A stretch of 64,000 nt of DNA from Syntrophales bacterium (GTDB lineage Bacteria; Desulfobacterota; Syntrophia; Syntrophales; Fen-1087): the NCBI GenBank assembly GCA_034678725.1, contig JAXDBM010000078.1, positions 5,730-69,729 of the forward strand, read 5' to 3'. Positions 8,918-19,222 of the stretch are shown here, in pieces. Position 1 is the stretch's first letter. Each line of letters begins with the position of its first letter. Both the position numbers and the translations under genes were made by a program. Under the pieces are notes generated by a model that ran no database searches, was not told the DNA's origin, and saw only the letters and a program-made list of their open reading frames with translations.

Positions 8918-10696
8918 CTACTGGACGATCTTCAGCGAAAGCTCCATGAGCTGCTCGATGCTCACCCGGGATGGCGCATCCGTCAGGAGGCACGTGGCTT
9001 TCTGCGTTTTCGGAAAGGCAATGACGTCCCGAATGGAGTCCGTTCCCGTCATCAGCATGATGAGCCGGTCGAAACCGAAGGCAATCCCGCCGTGGGGCGG
9101 CGTCCCGTATTCGAGGGCATCCAGCAGGAAGCCGAATTTGGCCCGCGCCTCTTCCGGGTCCAGGCCGAGCGTCTTGAAAATTCTGGCCTGCACCTGCTGG
9201 GAGTGGATCCGAATGCTGCCGCCGCCGATTTCCGACCCGTTCAGCACCAGGTCGTAGGCCCGGGCCCGGACCCTTCCCGGATCGCTTTCCAGTTTGTCGA
9301 GGTCCTCCAGGACCGGCGAGGTGAAGGGATGATGCGTGGACACGAATCTTTTTTCCGTGTCGCTGTACTCCAGGAGCGGAAATTCGGTCACCCAGGTGAA
9401 GGAGAATGCAGCCGGGTCGATCAGCTTGAGCAGGCGGGCCACATGGATCCTGAGGTTGCCCAGGGTATCGTGGACAATCCCCGGCTTGTCGGCGACAAAG
9501 ACGATGAGGTCCCCGTCCCGGGCATCCATGGTTTGGTTGATCGCCGTGACTTCGCCGGGTTTCAGGAATTTGAAGATCGGCGAGGTCCATCCCTCCGGAT
9601 TCACCCGCGCCCAGGCCAGCCCCTGCGCCCCGTAATTGGCGGCGTAGTCCCGAAGCCCGTCCAGGTCCTTGCGGGAAAGGCGCTTGCCATCCTCGATTTT
9701 GATGGCTTTGATGACCCCGCCGCCTGCAACGACCTCCTTAAAAAGATTGAATTCCGCGTTTTGCAGGATTTTCGTCAGATCCCGAAGCTCCATGGAAAAG
9801 CGGGTGTCCGGATTGTCCTTTCCATAGCGGCCGACGGCGTCCCGGTAAGAGATCCTGGGGAATGGCGTTGCGAGGGAAACGCCGAGGCAGGATCGGAACA
9901 GGTGGGCCATGAACCCTTCCATGATGCCGATGATGTCGTTTTCATCGATGAAAGACATCTCCAGATCGATCTGCGTGAATTCGGGCTGGCGGTCCGCCCG
10001 CAGATCCTCGTCCCGAAAGCACTTCACGATCTGGTAGTAACGGTCGAATCCCGACACCATGAGGAGCTGCTTGAATATCTGCGGCGACTGCGGAAGGGCG
10101 TAGAACGCGCCCGGATTGACCCGGCTGGGAACCAGGTAGTCCCGTGCGCCCTCCGGCGTGCTCTTCGTCAGGAAGGGGGTCTCCACCTCGACGAATCCCT
10201 GGTCCTGAAAGTACTGCCGCGTGGCGGCGGCGGCCCGGCTGCGCAGGATGATTTTAGACTGTATTTCCGGGCGCCTCAGGTCCAGGTAGCGGTACTTCAG
10301 CCGGACATTCTCGGAAATTTCTTCGTCGGAGTCGAGAACAAAGGGCGGTGTCTTCGCCTCGTTGAGGATCTCCAGCTCGTCGATCATGACCTCGACGTCT
10401 CCGGTCGGGAGATCGGGATTTTCCATGCCTTCCGGCCTTTTCCGGACTGCTCCCTGAACGGCCAGGACGTATTCGCTTCGGATCCTGTGCGCCTCCTGGT
10501 GAGGCGTCGCGCTCAATTCCGGGTTGAAAACGATCTGAACCAGCCCTTCCCGGTCCCTCAGATCGGCGAAAATCACCCCGCCATGGTCCCTTCGGCGCTG
10601 CACCCATCCCATCAGGACAACCTTTTTCCCGGCATCCGCCGCCCGGAGCGACCCGCAGTAATGGGTTCTCTTCTTGACTGTGATAAACGATGACAC
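8918..10696 (-). CDS. aspS: Aspartyl-tRNA synthetase, probably non-discriminating (Asp/Asn)
   Basis: [61 protein letters not shown]...GFDR. GTG start at 10696; the ORF-track extension to 11467 overlaps hisS and is spurious. Confidence 0.97.
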   Translation of the reverse strand: MSSFITVKKRTHYCGSLRAADAGKKVVLMGWVQRRRDHGGVIFADLRDREGLVQIVFNPELSATPHQEAHRIRSEYVLAVQGAVRKRPEGMENPDLPTGDVEVMIDELEILNEAKTPPFVLDSDEEISENVRLKYRYLDLRRPEIQSKIILRSRAAAATRQYFQDQGFVEVETPFLTKSTPEGARDYLVPSRVNPGAFYALPQSPQIFKQLLMVSGFDRYYQIVKCFRDEDLRADRQPEFTQIDLEMSFIDENDIIGIMEGFMAHLFRSCLGVSLATPFPRISYRDAVGRYGKDNPDTRFSMELRDLTKILQNAEFNLFKEVVAGGGVIKAIKIEDGKRLSRKDLDGLRDYAANYGAQGLAWARVNPEGWTSPIFKFLKPGEVTAINQTMDARDGDLIVFVADKPGIVHDTLGNLRIHVARLLKLIDPAAFSFTWVTEFPLLEYSDTEKRFVSTHHPFTSPVLEDLDKLESDPGRVRARAYDLVLNGSEIGGGSIRIHSQQVQARIFKTLGLDPEEARAKFGFLLDALEYGTPPHGGIAFGFDRLIMLMTGTDSIRDVIAFPKTQKATCLLTDAPSRVSIEQLMELSLKIVQ

Positions 10697-10704
10697 CTTG
10701 CTCT

Positions 10705-11970
10705 CTACCTCGCTCTCGCTGTTTTCCGTATGGTTTCCTCGATGCCTTCCAGGCTGACGGTTTCCTGTGTTCCCCGGCTCATGTCCCTCAATTCGGCCTT
10801 TCCCTCCCGAAGCTCGCGCTCTCCCAGAATGAGGGTAAGTCGGCATCGGAATTTGTCGGCCCGCTTCATCTGGCTCTTCAGGCTTTTCCCATGATAATCC
10901 ATCTCCGTCCGCATGCCGTCCATGCGAAGGCGATTGCACAGCCGGAAAGCAAACTGCTGGGCCTCGTTCCCCAGGGAGGCAATGAACAGGTCCGGCGCGT
11001 CGGCATTTGATTCCCGATCCGCGGGGATCATGGCCAGCAGGCGTTCGAAACCGATCGCGAATCCGATGCCGGGAATATCCGGCCCGCCCAGTTCCTTCAC
11101 GAGGCCGTCGTAGCGCCCGCCCCCGACAATGGCGTTCTGCGCCCCCAGATAATCGGTGGTCACCTCGAAGGTGGTTCTCGCGTAGTAGTCCAGTCCGCGC
11201 ACCATGCGGGGGTTGATCCGGAAGGGCAGGCCGAAGACCGCCAGGGAATCCTGCACTTTCAGAAAATGGTCCCGGCACTCCCGGCACAGATAGTCCGGCA
11301 ACAGCGGCGCACCGGCAATGATCGCGGCGCAGGTTTCGGTCTTGCAGTCGAATACCCGCAGCGGATTGGTCCCCAGGCGGCGCCGGCAGTCTTCGCAGAG
11401 CCGTTGTTCCCGACCCTGCAGAAAATCCGTGACGGCCTTTCTGAAGGAGGGCCGGCAGGCCGGGCATCCCAGCGAGTTGATTTCCAGCCCGGGGTCCGGC
11501 AGGCCGACGGCCTTCAAAAAATGAATCAGCATCAGAATGACTTCCGCGTCCGTCCTCGGGTCGTCAAGGCCGAGCAGTTCCGCGTCAATCTGGTGGAATT
11601 GGCGGAATCGACCCTTCTGGGGTCTTTCGCGGCGGAACATCGGCCCGATCGTGTACAGCTTGGCGACGGGTTCCGTCGCATGGAGGCTGTGTTCCAGATA
11701 GGCGCGGATCACCGAAGCCGTCGCTTCCGGGCGCAGGGTCAGATACTCTTCGCCCCGGTCCAGAAAGGTGTACATCTCCTTTTCGACGATGTCGGTGGCC
11801 TCCCCGATGCCCCGCCGGAACAGATCCGTCTTTTCCAGAATGGGCACCCGGATCTCCCGAAAGCCGAAGGAGGAAAAGATTTCGCGGGCTTTCGATTCGA
11901 CGCAATGCCACCGGCCCGTTTCCTCCGGAAGGATGTCTTTAAACCCCCTGACAGCGGTAATGATTTCCAT
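10705..11970 (-). CDS. hisS: Histidyl-tRNA synthetase
   Basis: [58 protein letters not shown]. Confidence 0.98.
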   Translation of the reverse strand: MEIITAVRGFKDILPEETGRWHCVESKAREIFSSFGFREIRVPILEKTDLFRRGIGEATDIVEKEMYTFLDRGEEYLTLRPEATASVIRAYLEHSLHATEPVAKLYTIGPMFRRERPQKGRFRQFHQIDAELLGLDDPRTDAEVILMLIHFLKAVGLPDPGLEINSLGCPACRPSFRKAVTDFLQGREQRLCEDCRRRLGTNPLRVFDCKTETCAAIIAGAPLLPDYLCRECRDHFLKVQDSLAVFGLPFRINPRMVRGLDYYARTTFEVTTDYLGAQNAIVGGGRYDGLVKELGGPDIPGIGFAIGFERLLAMIPADRESNADAPDLFIASLGNEAQQFAFRLCNRLRMDGMRTEMDYHGKSLKSQMKRADKFRCRLTLILGERELREGKAELRDMSRGTQETVSLEGIEETIRKTARAR

Positions 11971-12055
11971 TGGATAACCCTTTCAACGGCGTTGTGGGAT
12001 AGCACAGAAGACCCGGAAAGGCAACAAAATACTGAGGACTTCGGAGGTTCCGGGA

Positions 12056-14596
12056 TCACCCTTCCGTCGATTCCGGTCGCTGCGCAGCAGCCTTTCCGTC
12101 GGTCTTGAAGGTGCCGACGGAAACATCCCGGCCGTCTGTCCGGATTGTGACCGCCCCGTCCCGGTCTGTCCTGTACAAGCGGATGTTCCGTTCCCCGTAG
12201 CGGTTCAGAACGTCCGGGTGAGGATCGCGAAAAACGTTTTCATGGCCGCAACTGACCACGGCGATGCGGGGCTGAACCGCATTCAGAAAGGTCGGGGTGC
12301 TGGAGGTGAAGCCGCCGTGATGGGGGACGAAAAGGATATCGCTTTTAAGATCGACGCCGGCGCGGATAAGGCGTTCTTCCGTCGGGCGCGAAATGTCGGC
12401 CGGAAGAAGGATGCCGGTTCCACCGAAGGTCAGCTTCAGCATGACGGACTGGTTGTTGACATGGTCATAGCTCCCCTCCGCATCGGCATCTTCAAGGGGG
12501 CGTTCCGGGTTCAGGACGCGGACCGTCACGCCGCCCAGAACGTCGGGGGGCGTTTCCGCGGAGACGATCCGCCGGCGGACCTGCTTTTCCGCGGCGACCT
12601 TCACGAATTCCCGGTAGGGTTCACTGTCCGCGATCTGTCCGGTCATCCAGACCTCCCGCACGTCGAAGTTTCTCAGAATGAAGACCAGTCCATTGAGATG
12701 GTCCGGGTGAACATGCGTCATGACCATGACATCGATTTTTCGAATCCGCTCATGCCACAGGAAGGGGGCGACGACATACCGGCCGATGTCGAAGCTTTCC
12801 TCGTGGGAGCCGCCGCCGTCGATCAGCATGCTCATGCCGCGGGGGAATCGCACCAGCGTCGAGGATCCCTGGCCGACATCGATGGCTGTAACCCGAAGAC
12901 GGTTCTCCCTCAGGTCCGCGGTATGGCGGCAGGCGGCGACGGCCAGAATCAGGATCGACAGCGTGCAGATCGCGATCTTCAGGCCCCTGGCCTTTTGCGC
13001 GGCATGCCTTTCCGCTTGCGGCTGACCGGATCCGCTTTCTCCCCGAAGACCGAGCCGGGCGAACACAGCGATCAGCAGCAGGTAAAAGCCGGCCACCTCC
13101 GCCAGCGCTGGCGTGGTCACGTAAATGGAGGAGCCGGGGAGGGAGGAGAAAAAATCGACAAGCGCCACGGATATCTTCACCAGAAAAGTGGATATCTTGA
13201 CGAGCAGGACCGCCAGCGGCGGAAAGATGGGTGCGGCCAGGATGATTGCCATGCAGACGGGCAGGGCCATGACTCCCATGATGGGAACAACGGCAAGGTT
13301 GGCCGGCAGGGAAACGACGGACACCCGGTTGAAATAATAAACGATCAGTGGCAGTGTCCCCAGGGTCGCGCTCACGGATACGATCAGGAACAGCGCCGCG
13401 TCGTAGAGGATCCTGCCGAAAATCCTTCTGTACGGGGAACGCTCCGCCGGTTCCGGCTTCGGCACCAGGGCCGTCAGTTTCGGGGTGATAAAAAGGATCG
13501 CCGCGACGGCCGTAAAGGACAACTGGAAGGAAAGATCAAAAAGGGAGGCCGGCGAGAGGATCAGGATGACCAGCGCCGCCAGCGCCAGCGTGTTGTAAAG
13601 GTCCCGCACCTTTCCAAGCAGGACGGCCGCCAGCAGGGCCAGGGCCATGATGGTCGCCCGCACGACAGAAACGCCCGCGCCGGCGATAAACGTGAAGACG
13701 GCAATCGGAAGAAAGGAAAAGGCCGTCGAGAGCTTGACAAGGTTGAATCGCAAAAGCAGCGTCTCGGAAAATTTCATGAGGAAACGGAACAGGAAAATGG
13801 AAAAAAAGGCGATAATGCCCACATTGAACCCAGAGATGGCAATGATGTGGGAGGTGCCCGTCTGATTGAATTTTTCCATCATCTCCGCGGGAATTTCCTT
13901 CTGATCGCCCAGAATCATGGCCTGGACGATTTCTCCGTAGGGGGAGGGCGAATGCTCCCGGATCAGCGTTTTCAAGCTCCTTCGGAAACGCTCCAGGGCA
14001 AGTTTCATCGGGTTCCCCAAGTCTTCCCGCAGCACGATGATGTTGGCCGGATTGTCGACGTAGCCCTGAACCAGAATGCCGCGAAGGCGGAGGTAGCGCT
14101 CGTAGTCGAACCCGCCGGGATTGGAGAAATTATGCGGACTTTTCAGCCTCGTCCGGAAACGGACGACATCCCCGTATTTGTAGGTCTCGCCGGTTGCCGT
14201 GTTCAGGAGGACCTTGCCTTCCACGGGCAGGAAGTCCTGATCCTTCCGGATGCGGAACACAGAGACGGTCACCGCTGTTTTCTCGCCGGACGCCCGAGGA
14301 TTCTCCGCCACCACGCCGTCGATCTCCAGCCGTCCCTCTTGCACATGGCTGAGGATGTGCCGTGGCCCAGGCTTTCGATAAAGGTCCTGGCTGATCGACA
14401 GAAGGGACATCAGAAACATCGCCGCCGCCATCGCGATCCGCAGTACGCGGTCATGCCGCTTCCGCCATGCGATCAGCATGCCGGCGAAGGACGCGACCAG
14501 GGCGAGCAGCAATGCCGGATCGGGAATTTCCTTCAGGAAACCCGTACCGATTCCCGCCATGGCGGCAAGAAGAAGGGGAACAAGCGGTCTTTGCAT
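12056..14596 (-). CDS. comEC: DNA internalization competence protein ComEC/Rec2
   Basis: DUF4131-like OB region, [45 protein letters not shown]. Confidence 0.95.
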   Translation of the reverse strand: MQRPLVPLLLAAMAGIGTGFLKEIPDPALLLALVASFAGMLIAWRKRHDRVLRIAMAAAMFLMSLLSISQDLYRKPGPRHILSHVQEGRLEIDGVVAENPRASGEKTAVTVSVFRIRKDQDFLPVEGKVLLNTATGETYKYGDVVRFRTRLKSPHNFSNPGGFDYERYLRLRGILVQGYVDNPANIIVLREDLGNPMKLALERFRRSLKTLIREHSPSPYGEIVQAMILGDQKEIPAEMMEKFNQTGTSHIIAISGFNVGIIAFFSIFLFRFLMKFSETLLLRFNLVKLSTAFSFLPIAVFTFIAGAGVSVVRATIMALALLAAVLLGKVRDLYNTLALAALVILILSPASLFDLSFQLSFTAVAAILFITPKLTALVPKPEPAERSPYRRIFGRILYDAALFLIVSVSATLGTLPLIVYYFNRVSVVSLPANLAVVPIMGVMALPVCMAIILAAPIFPPLAVLLVKISTFLVKISVALVDFFSSLPGSSIYVTTPALAEVAGFYLLLIAVFARLGLRGESGSGQPQAERHAAQKARGLKIAICTLSILILAVAACRHTADLRENRLRVTAIDVGQGSSTLVRFPRGMSMLIDGGGSHEESFDIGRYVVAPFLWHERIRKIDVMVMTHVHPDHLNGLVFILRNFDVREVWMTGQIADSEPYREFVKVAAEKQVRRRIVSAETPPDVLGGVTVRVLNPERPLEDADAEGSYDHVNNQSVMLKLTFGGTGILLPADISRPTEERLIRAGVDLKSDILFVPHHGGFTSSTPTFLNAVQPRIAVVSCGHENVFRDPHPDVLNRYGERNIRLYRTDRDGAVTIRTDGRDVSVGTFKTDGKAAAQRPESTEG

Positions 14597-14681
14597 GAGT
14601 TAATTTGTTGAAAATTGTTCAAAAATAATTATATAGGATGACCCTGGCTATTCGGAAAAATCCCTCATGCGAGGCCCGTTG

Positions 14682-16358
14682 ATGCTGAAAGAAAAGACGG
14701 CGACCCGGCTGCGATACCTGCTGCTGTCGCGGGTCGCCATCGTCACGCTGCTGCTGGGTATCGCCATTTTCATGAAGGTCAAGGGCGAGGAGTATCTGCC
14801 CGAGATATCGCTTCGGTCTCTTTCCTGGCTCATTATCACATCCTACATCCTGTCGCTCCTCTATTTTCTTCTCCCCCGCCTGGTACGGAGCATTCAGACA
14901 AATCTCTATATCCAGGCCATCGGCGACGTCCTGCTGGTTACAGGCCTGGTTTATGCGACGGGCGGCATCATCAGCATCTATCCCGTTTTTTACACACTGG
15001 TAATCATCTACTCCGTGTTGTTCCTGGGCAGGCGGGGCGGGCTGATCACCGCCTCCGCGTGCAGCATCGGCTACGGCCTCCTTCTCGATCTGGAGTACTA
15101 CCGGGTTCTGGCCCCGCCCTATTCAACCATGATCCGGGATTACCCGTTCACGGCAAGCTATGTTTTCTCGAAGATCATCACTTATATCGTTTCCTTCTAC
15201 CTGATCGCCTTCCTCGCCATTTTTGTCGTGGAACAGGAAAAGCGGACGAGAACGCTGCTGCGGGAAAAGGAAACCGCGTTCGATCAGCTCGATGTGCTGC
15301 ACCGGAGCATCATCGAGTCCGTCGACACGGGCATCATGACGATCAATCTTCGGGGCCGGATCAAATCCTTCAACCGGGCGGCGCAAGAGATCACCGGCTA
15401 TTCCTTCGACGAAGTCGAAAACAAATATATCGCCGATTTGTTCCCGGCGTACGGACAATTCGTTGCGAAGATTCAGGCGGGGAGCAACCCGGAGCCGGAG
15501 CGAAGCCGGGTGGAAATTCAGATCGAAAGCAGGGAGAAAAAGCCGCTCATTCTGGGCTGCTCCCTTTCCTTTCTGAGCGACGCAGCGGGGAAGCGGATCG
15601 GCAACATCATTGTTTTCCAGGATTTGACGGCCGTCAAGAAAATGGAGGCCAGTGTCGAAAAGAACAGGCGGCTCGCCTTCATCGGCGAAATGGCGGCGGG
15701 CCTCGCCCACGAGATGAGAAACCCCCTGGCGTCGATCGGCGGCTCCATTCAGGTTCTGAACAAAAGCCTCACCCTGAGTCCGGGCGATGAACGCCTCATG
15801 CAGATCATCCTGAGGGGCAAGGATCAGCTTGAGAGCTTCATGCGTGATTTTCTTCTCCTCTCCAGGCCCTCGCCGGGAGTGCCGGAAGCCATCGGAATCG
15901 CGGAGATGATCGAGGAGGTGCTCGAGTCGGTCCGTTACCTGCCGGACTGGCGGGACCGCATCGTGGTCGAGAAGTCTTTCCGGGATCCGGTGCCGCGCAT
16001 TCACGCGAACAAAACGGAAATCCGGCAGCTGATGTGGAACCTCCTTTTGAACGCGGTTCAATCCATGCCGGAAGGCGGCCATCTGCGCGTCGAAGCCGGA
16101 TCGGGCATGGCGGAGGAAGCCTCCGTGACCTGCCTCGAGATCCGGGTCGGGGACAGCGGCCCGGGAATCGCGGAAAAGGATGCGCCCCGGATTTTCGAGC
16201 CCTTTTTTACAACCCGCGAAAAGGGCACGGGAATGGGGCTTGCGATTGTCAACCGGATTGTGGAGAGACATCACGGTAAAATAAAAGTTGACAGCCGGGC
16301 AGGCGAAGGGACGACCTTTACGGTATGGCTCCCCTGCCTGAGGGAAGCGGAGAGGTGA
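14682..16358 (+). CDS. pilS: PilS-like membrane sensor histidine kinase with a PAS domain
   Basis: Multi-TM N-terminus, PAS (SFNRAAQEITG), AHEMRNPL H-box, NLLLNA, DSGPG, FEPFFTT, GTGMGL; adjacent to a sigma54 regulator. Alternative start 14667. Confidence 0.8.
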   Translation: MLKEKTATRLRYLLLSRVAIVTLLLGIAIFMKVKGEEYLPEISLRSLSWLIITSYILSLLYFLLPRLVRSIQTNLYIQAIGDVLLVTGLVYATGGIISIYPVFYTLVIIYSVLFLGRRGGLITASACSIGYGLLLDLEYYRVLAPPYSTMIRDYPFTASYVFSKIITYIVSFYLIAFLAIFVVEQEKRTRTLLREKETAFDQLDVLHRSIIESVDTGIMTINLRGRIKSFNRAAQEITGYSFDEVENKYIADLFPAYGQFVAKIQAGSNPEPERSRVEIQIESREKKPLILGCSLSFLSDAAGKRIGNIIVFQDLTAVKKMEASVEKNRRLAFIGEMAAGLAHEMRNPLASIGGSIQVLNKSLTLSPGDERLMQIILRGKDQLESFMRDFLLLSRPSPGVPEAIGIAEMIEEVLESVRYLPDWRDRIVVEKSFRDPVPRIHANKTEIRQLMWNLLLNAVQSMPEGGHLRVEAGSGMAEEASVTCLEIRVGDSGPGIAEKDAPRIFEPFFTTREKGTGMGLAIVNRIVERHHGKIKVDSRAGEGTTFTVWLPCLREAER

Positions 16359-16360
16359 AA

Positions 16361-17734
16361 ATGGCCAGGATCCTTGTAGTGGACGACGACAAGGGGATGA
16401 GAGAGTTTCTTGAGATTATGCTGGGCAGGGAAGGGTATGATGTCACCGCAACTTTCGACGGGGAAAAGGCCCTCGGCCTTTGCAGGAAAGTTCCCTTTGA
16501 TCTGATCCTGACGGACCTGAAAATGCCCCGGATGGACGGCATCGAGTTCATGAAACGGGCGAAGGATGTCTGCCCCGAAGCCATGATCATCCTGATGACC
16601 GCTTATGCTTCAGGCGAAACGGCCGTTTCCGCCATGAAAGAGGGCGCCTATGATTATATCGAAAAGGATTTCGACATCGAAGACCTGGCGCGTCTGATCC
16701 GGGAGGCGCTGAACAAAAAGGGCGTCAAGAAAAGCGACGCCGAGTTCATGAAGGAACTGGAAGAATCGGTGTCCTTCGGCGGAATGATCGGAAAAAGCAG
16801 GGAAATGCTCAAGGTCTACGCGACCATCAAGAAAATCGCGGGTACCACGGCCAACATTCTGATCCTCGGTGAAAGCGGCACCGGCAAGGAACTGGTGGCC
16901 CGGGCCATCCATGAAAACAGCCCGCGCAACGGGCAGCCCTTTGTCGTCATCAACTGCGGGGGCATACCGGAATCACTCCTCGAATCGGAATTCTTCGGAT
17001 ACATGAAAGGCTCCTTCACGGGGGCCCACACCGACAAGCCCGGTCTGTTCGAGGTGGCGAGCGGCGGCACGATATTCCTGGATGAAATCGGAGATCTTCC
17101 CTCGATCCTGCAGGTAAAGCTTTTGCGCGTCGTGCAGGAAAAAACCTTCCGGCGCATCGGGGGCACGGAGGATATTCGGGTCAATGTCCGGATCATCTCG
17201 GCGACCAATCAGGATCTTTTTACGAAAGTGAGAGAAAACACCTTTCGGGAGGATCTCTACTACCGTCTCAACGTCATTCCGATTCACCTTCCGCCCCTGC
17301 GGGAAAGAAGGGAGGACATTCCCGTCCTGGCAAAGCACTTTATCGAGAAATACTCCCGGGAGTTCGGAAAGGAGATCCGGAACATGTCCGTTTACGCCCT
17401 GGAACTCCTGATGGATTATCCCTTTCCGGGAAATATCCGCGAACTGGCCAACATCATCGAGCGCAGCGTCGCGCTCGAATCCTCCAATATCATTCTTCCG
17501 GAAAACCTCGTCCTGTCGGACAGCCGGGACCCGGCCTTCTCCGTCAGCGATTACCGGTTTCCCGGGGAGGGCGTCGATCTGAACGAGGAGCTGGCCCATA
17601 TCGAGCGGCAATGGATTCGCAGCGCACTCGAAAAAGCGAAAGGGTCCAAGACAAAAGCGGCGGAACTGCTGCACGTCACCGTTGATTCCCTGCGTTACCG
17701 GATTGAAAAGCTGGAGATGGAATCCGGCCCGTAA
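16361..17734 (+). CDS. pilR: PilR-like sigma54-dependent response regulator (REC-AAA+-HTH)
   Basis: VVDDD, TDLKMP, GESGTGKE, GSFTGA, FLDEIG, FREDLYYRLNV, FPGNIREL. Confidence 0.82.
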   Translation: MARILVVDDDKGMREFLEIMLGREGYDVTATFDGEKALGLCRKVPFDLILTDLKMPRMDGIEFMKRAKDVCPEAMIILMTAYASGETAVSAMKEGAYDYIEKDFDIEDLARLIREALNKKGVKKSDAEFMKELEESVSFGGMIGKSREMLKVYATIKKIAGTTANILILGESGTGKELVARAIHENSPRNGQPFVVINCGGIPESLLESEFFGYMKGSFTGAHTDKPGLFEVASGGTIFLDEIGDLPSILQVKLLRVVQEKTFRRIGGTEDIRVNVRIISATNQDLFTKVRENTFREDLYYRLNVIPIHLPPLRERREDIPVLAKHFIEKYSREFGKEIRNMSVYALELLMDYPFPGNIRELANIIERSVALESSNIILPENLVLSDSRDPAFSVSDYRFPGEGVDLNEELAHIERQWIRSALEKAKGSKTKAAELLHVTVDSLRYRIEKLEMESGP

Positions 17735-17742
17735 AATATTTC

Positions 17743-17774
17743 TTGACAACCCCGGCGCTTTGACTCTATAGGAT
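17743..17774 (+). promoter_or_regulatory. sigma70-type promoter of the Phe leader/ABC operon
   Basis: TTGACA at 17743-17748, followed after 18 nt by TATAGGAT. Confidence 0.55.
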
Positions 17775-17792
17775 GACAGAAGGTAAATTAAA

Positions 17793-17882
17793 ATGAAAAG
17801 TCTCGATGTCATGGATCGCCGGTCAGTCCGCTTTTTCGCTTTCTTCAGCTTTTTTAGCGAGGTCTGCCTGCCGCGCTCATGA
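17793..17882 (+). CDS. Phenylalanine-rich attenuator leader peptide (MKSLDVMDRRSVRFFAFFSFFSEVCLPRS)
   Basis: AAGGT RBS at 17780-17784; 6 Phe codons in 8 positions (17832-17855); the stop lies just 3' of the antiterminator 5' arm. Below the ORF-track cutoff. Confidence 0.85.
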   Translation: MKSLDVMDRRSVRFFAFFSFFSEVCLPRS

Positions 17883-17915
17883 CATGAATTGAGCCATGAC
17901 GCCGCGGGCAGACCT
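17860..17915 (+). promoter_or_regulatory. Antiterminator helix of the attenuator (2:3)
   Basis: AGGTCTGCC (17860-68) is the exact complement of GGCAGACCT (17907-15), plus CGCG (17872-75) pairing with CGCG (17903-06); it overlaps the terminator 5' arm. Confidence 0.8.
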
Positions 17916-17939
17916 TTTCGGGCTGCCCGCGGCTTTTTT
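17901..17939 (+). terminator. Attenuator terminator 1 (3:4)
   Basis: Perfect 11-bp stem GCCGCGGGCAG/CTGCCCGCGGC followed by T6. Confidence 0.9.
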
Positions 17940-17942
17940 ATG

Positions 17943-17975
17943 AAGGCCGTGGAATCCGATCCATGGCTTTTTTTT
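17943..17975 (+). terminator. Second tandem terminator (5:6)
   Basis: GCCGTGGA/TCCATGGC stem (one G-U) with a 6-nt loop, followed by T8. Confidence 0.7.
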
Positions 17976-18000
17976 ATCTTTTTTCGAGGAGGACAGGGCG

Positions 18001-19209
18001 ATGACGAAAATGATGAGATGGATGAACGCGATGGGCATGCTGGCCGCGCTGGCCTTTTTCGGCCCGGCCCCTGCTGCGGATGCCGCGGCCATCAAAGTCG
18101 GGGCGGCAATCAACATGACCGGCCCGGCCTCCACCTGGGGCCAGTATCATGCCCGGGGTCAGCAGGATTATTTCCGCTACGTCAACGAGGTCAAGGGCGG
18201 CGTCGCCGGCCGGAAGATCGAGATGATTCTGGTCGACACGGGATACAAGGTCCCGGAAGCCGTCGCGGCCGTGAGGAAGTTTGCCGTGCAGGACCGGGTG
18301 GACATGATCGCCACCTGGGGCGCCGGGGAGGGGCTGGCGGCGAAACCCATCATCCAGAGCTACCGGATTCCCACAATCAATTACTCCACGAGCTGGGAAA
18401 TTCTGGAACCGCCCGTAGATTACATGTATCTCCCCTTCGGCAGCTACCGCATGGATTGCTACGCGGTGATCGATTACATCCGGACCATCCACAAGGGAAA
18501 GGAAGCGCCCAAAATCGGACTGCTGACCTACAACAACGCCTACGGCCGCTCCATTCACCAGCCGACCCGCGATTACGCGGCCAAACAGAAGGTACAGATT
18601 GTCGCAATCGAAGAGTTCCCCCCGAAGACGGTGGACCTGACTACGGAACTGCTGCGGCTCAGGCAGAAGGGCGCTGAATACGTCTTCATGCAGATGCTGC
18701 CCGCCACCATTATCACGACTTTCAAGAGCGCCGACCGGATCGGCTATGCGCCGCAATTCTTCGGGACATGGACCTCCACGGACCCGGACTTTTTCAAGCT
18801 CGGAAAGGGCCTGATCCGGGACCGGCTGAACATGCAGTTCCCCGGCGGTCTGCCCTCGGACAACACGAAGGGAATTGCGCTCATGAAGGAGCTTTGGAAG
18901 CGCTACAAGACGGTTGACCGGTTCGATGCGGCCTACTGGGAGGGCGTCGTCGTCGGCATGATCATGGAACGGGCCTTTGTCCGGGCGCAGGAATCCTTCA
19001 AGCAGGTGAACCGGGAGACGATCAACAAAGCCATGGAGTCGTTCCGGAATGAGGATTTCGGAGGCCTCGTGCCGAACGTCACCTACAGCAGCAAGGACCA
19101 CGGGGCGTCCTTCAAGGCCAGAATGGTCCGGGTGCGTGAGGACGGCTCCCTGGTCCCGCTGACCAACTTCTACACGCCCGGAAAAGAGAAGATCAAACTG
19201 ACAAAGTGA
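18001..19209 (+). CDS. LivK/LivJ-family ABC transporter substrate-binding protein
   Basis: Signal peptide; IKVGAAINMTGPAS, GGVAGRKIE, DTGYKVPEA; GGAGG RBS. Confidence 0.92.
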   Translation: MTKMMRWMNAMGMLAALAFFGPAPAADAAAIKVGAAINMTGPASTWGQYHARGQQDYFRYVNEVKGGVAGRKIEMILVDTGYKVPEAVAAVRKFAVQDRVDMIATWGAGEGLAAKPIIQSYRIPTINYSTSWEILEPPVDYMYLPFGSYRMDCYAVIDYIRTIHKGKEAPKIGLLTYNNAYGRSIHQPTRDYAAKQKVQIVAIEEFPPKTVDLTTELLRLRQKGAEYVFMQMLPATIITTFKSADRIGYAPQFFGTWTSTDPDFFKLGKGLIRDRLNMQFPGGLPSDNTKGIALMKELWKRYKTVDRFDAAYWEGVVVGMIMERAFVRAQESFKQVNRETINKAMESFRNEDFGGLVPNVTYSSKDHGASFKARMVRVREDGSLVPLTNFYTPGKEKIKLTK

Positions 19210-19222
19210 GACGGAAAATCCG

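Noticed and set aside
10697-11467. Apparent 257-aa N-terminal extension of AspRS in the ORF track
   Set aside because: It overlaps hisS in another frame, has no AspRS similarity, and a GTG start with RBS exists at 10696.
12218-14611. 797-aa ORF antisense to comEC, and the other long antisense ORFs (e.g. 35644-38037, 43998-46049, 38034-39884, 9092-10693)
   Set aside because: Shadow ORFs expected from high GC3 on the coding strand; no recognisable motifs.
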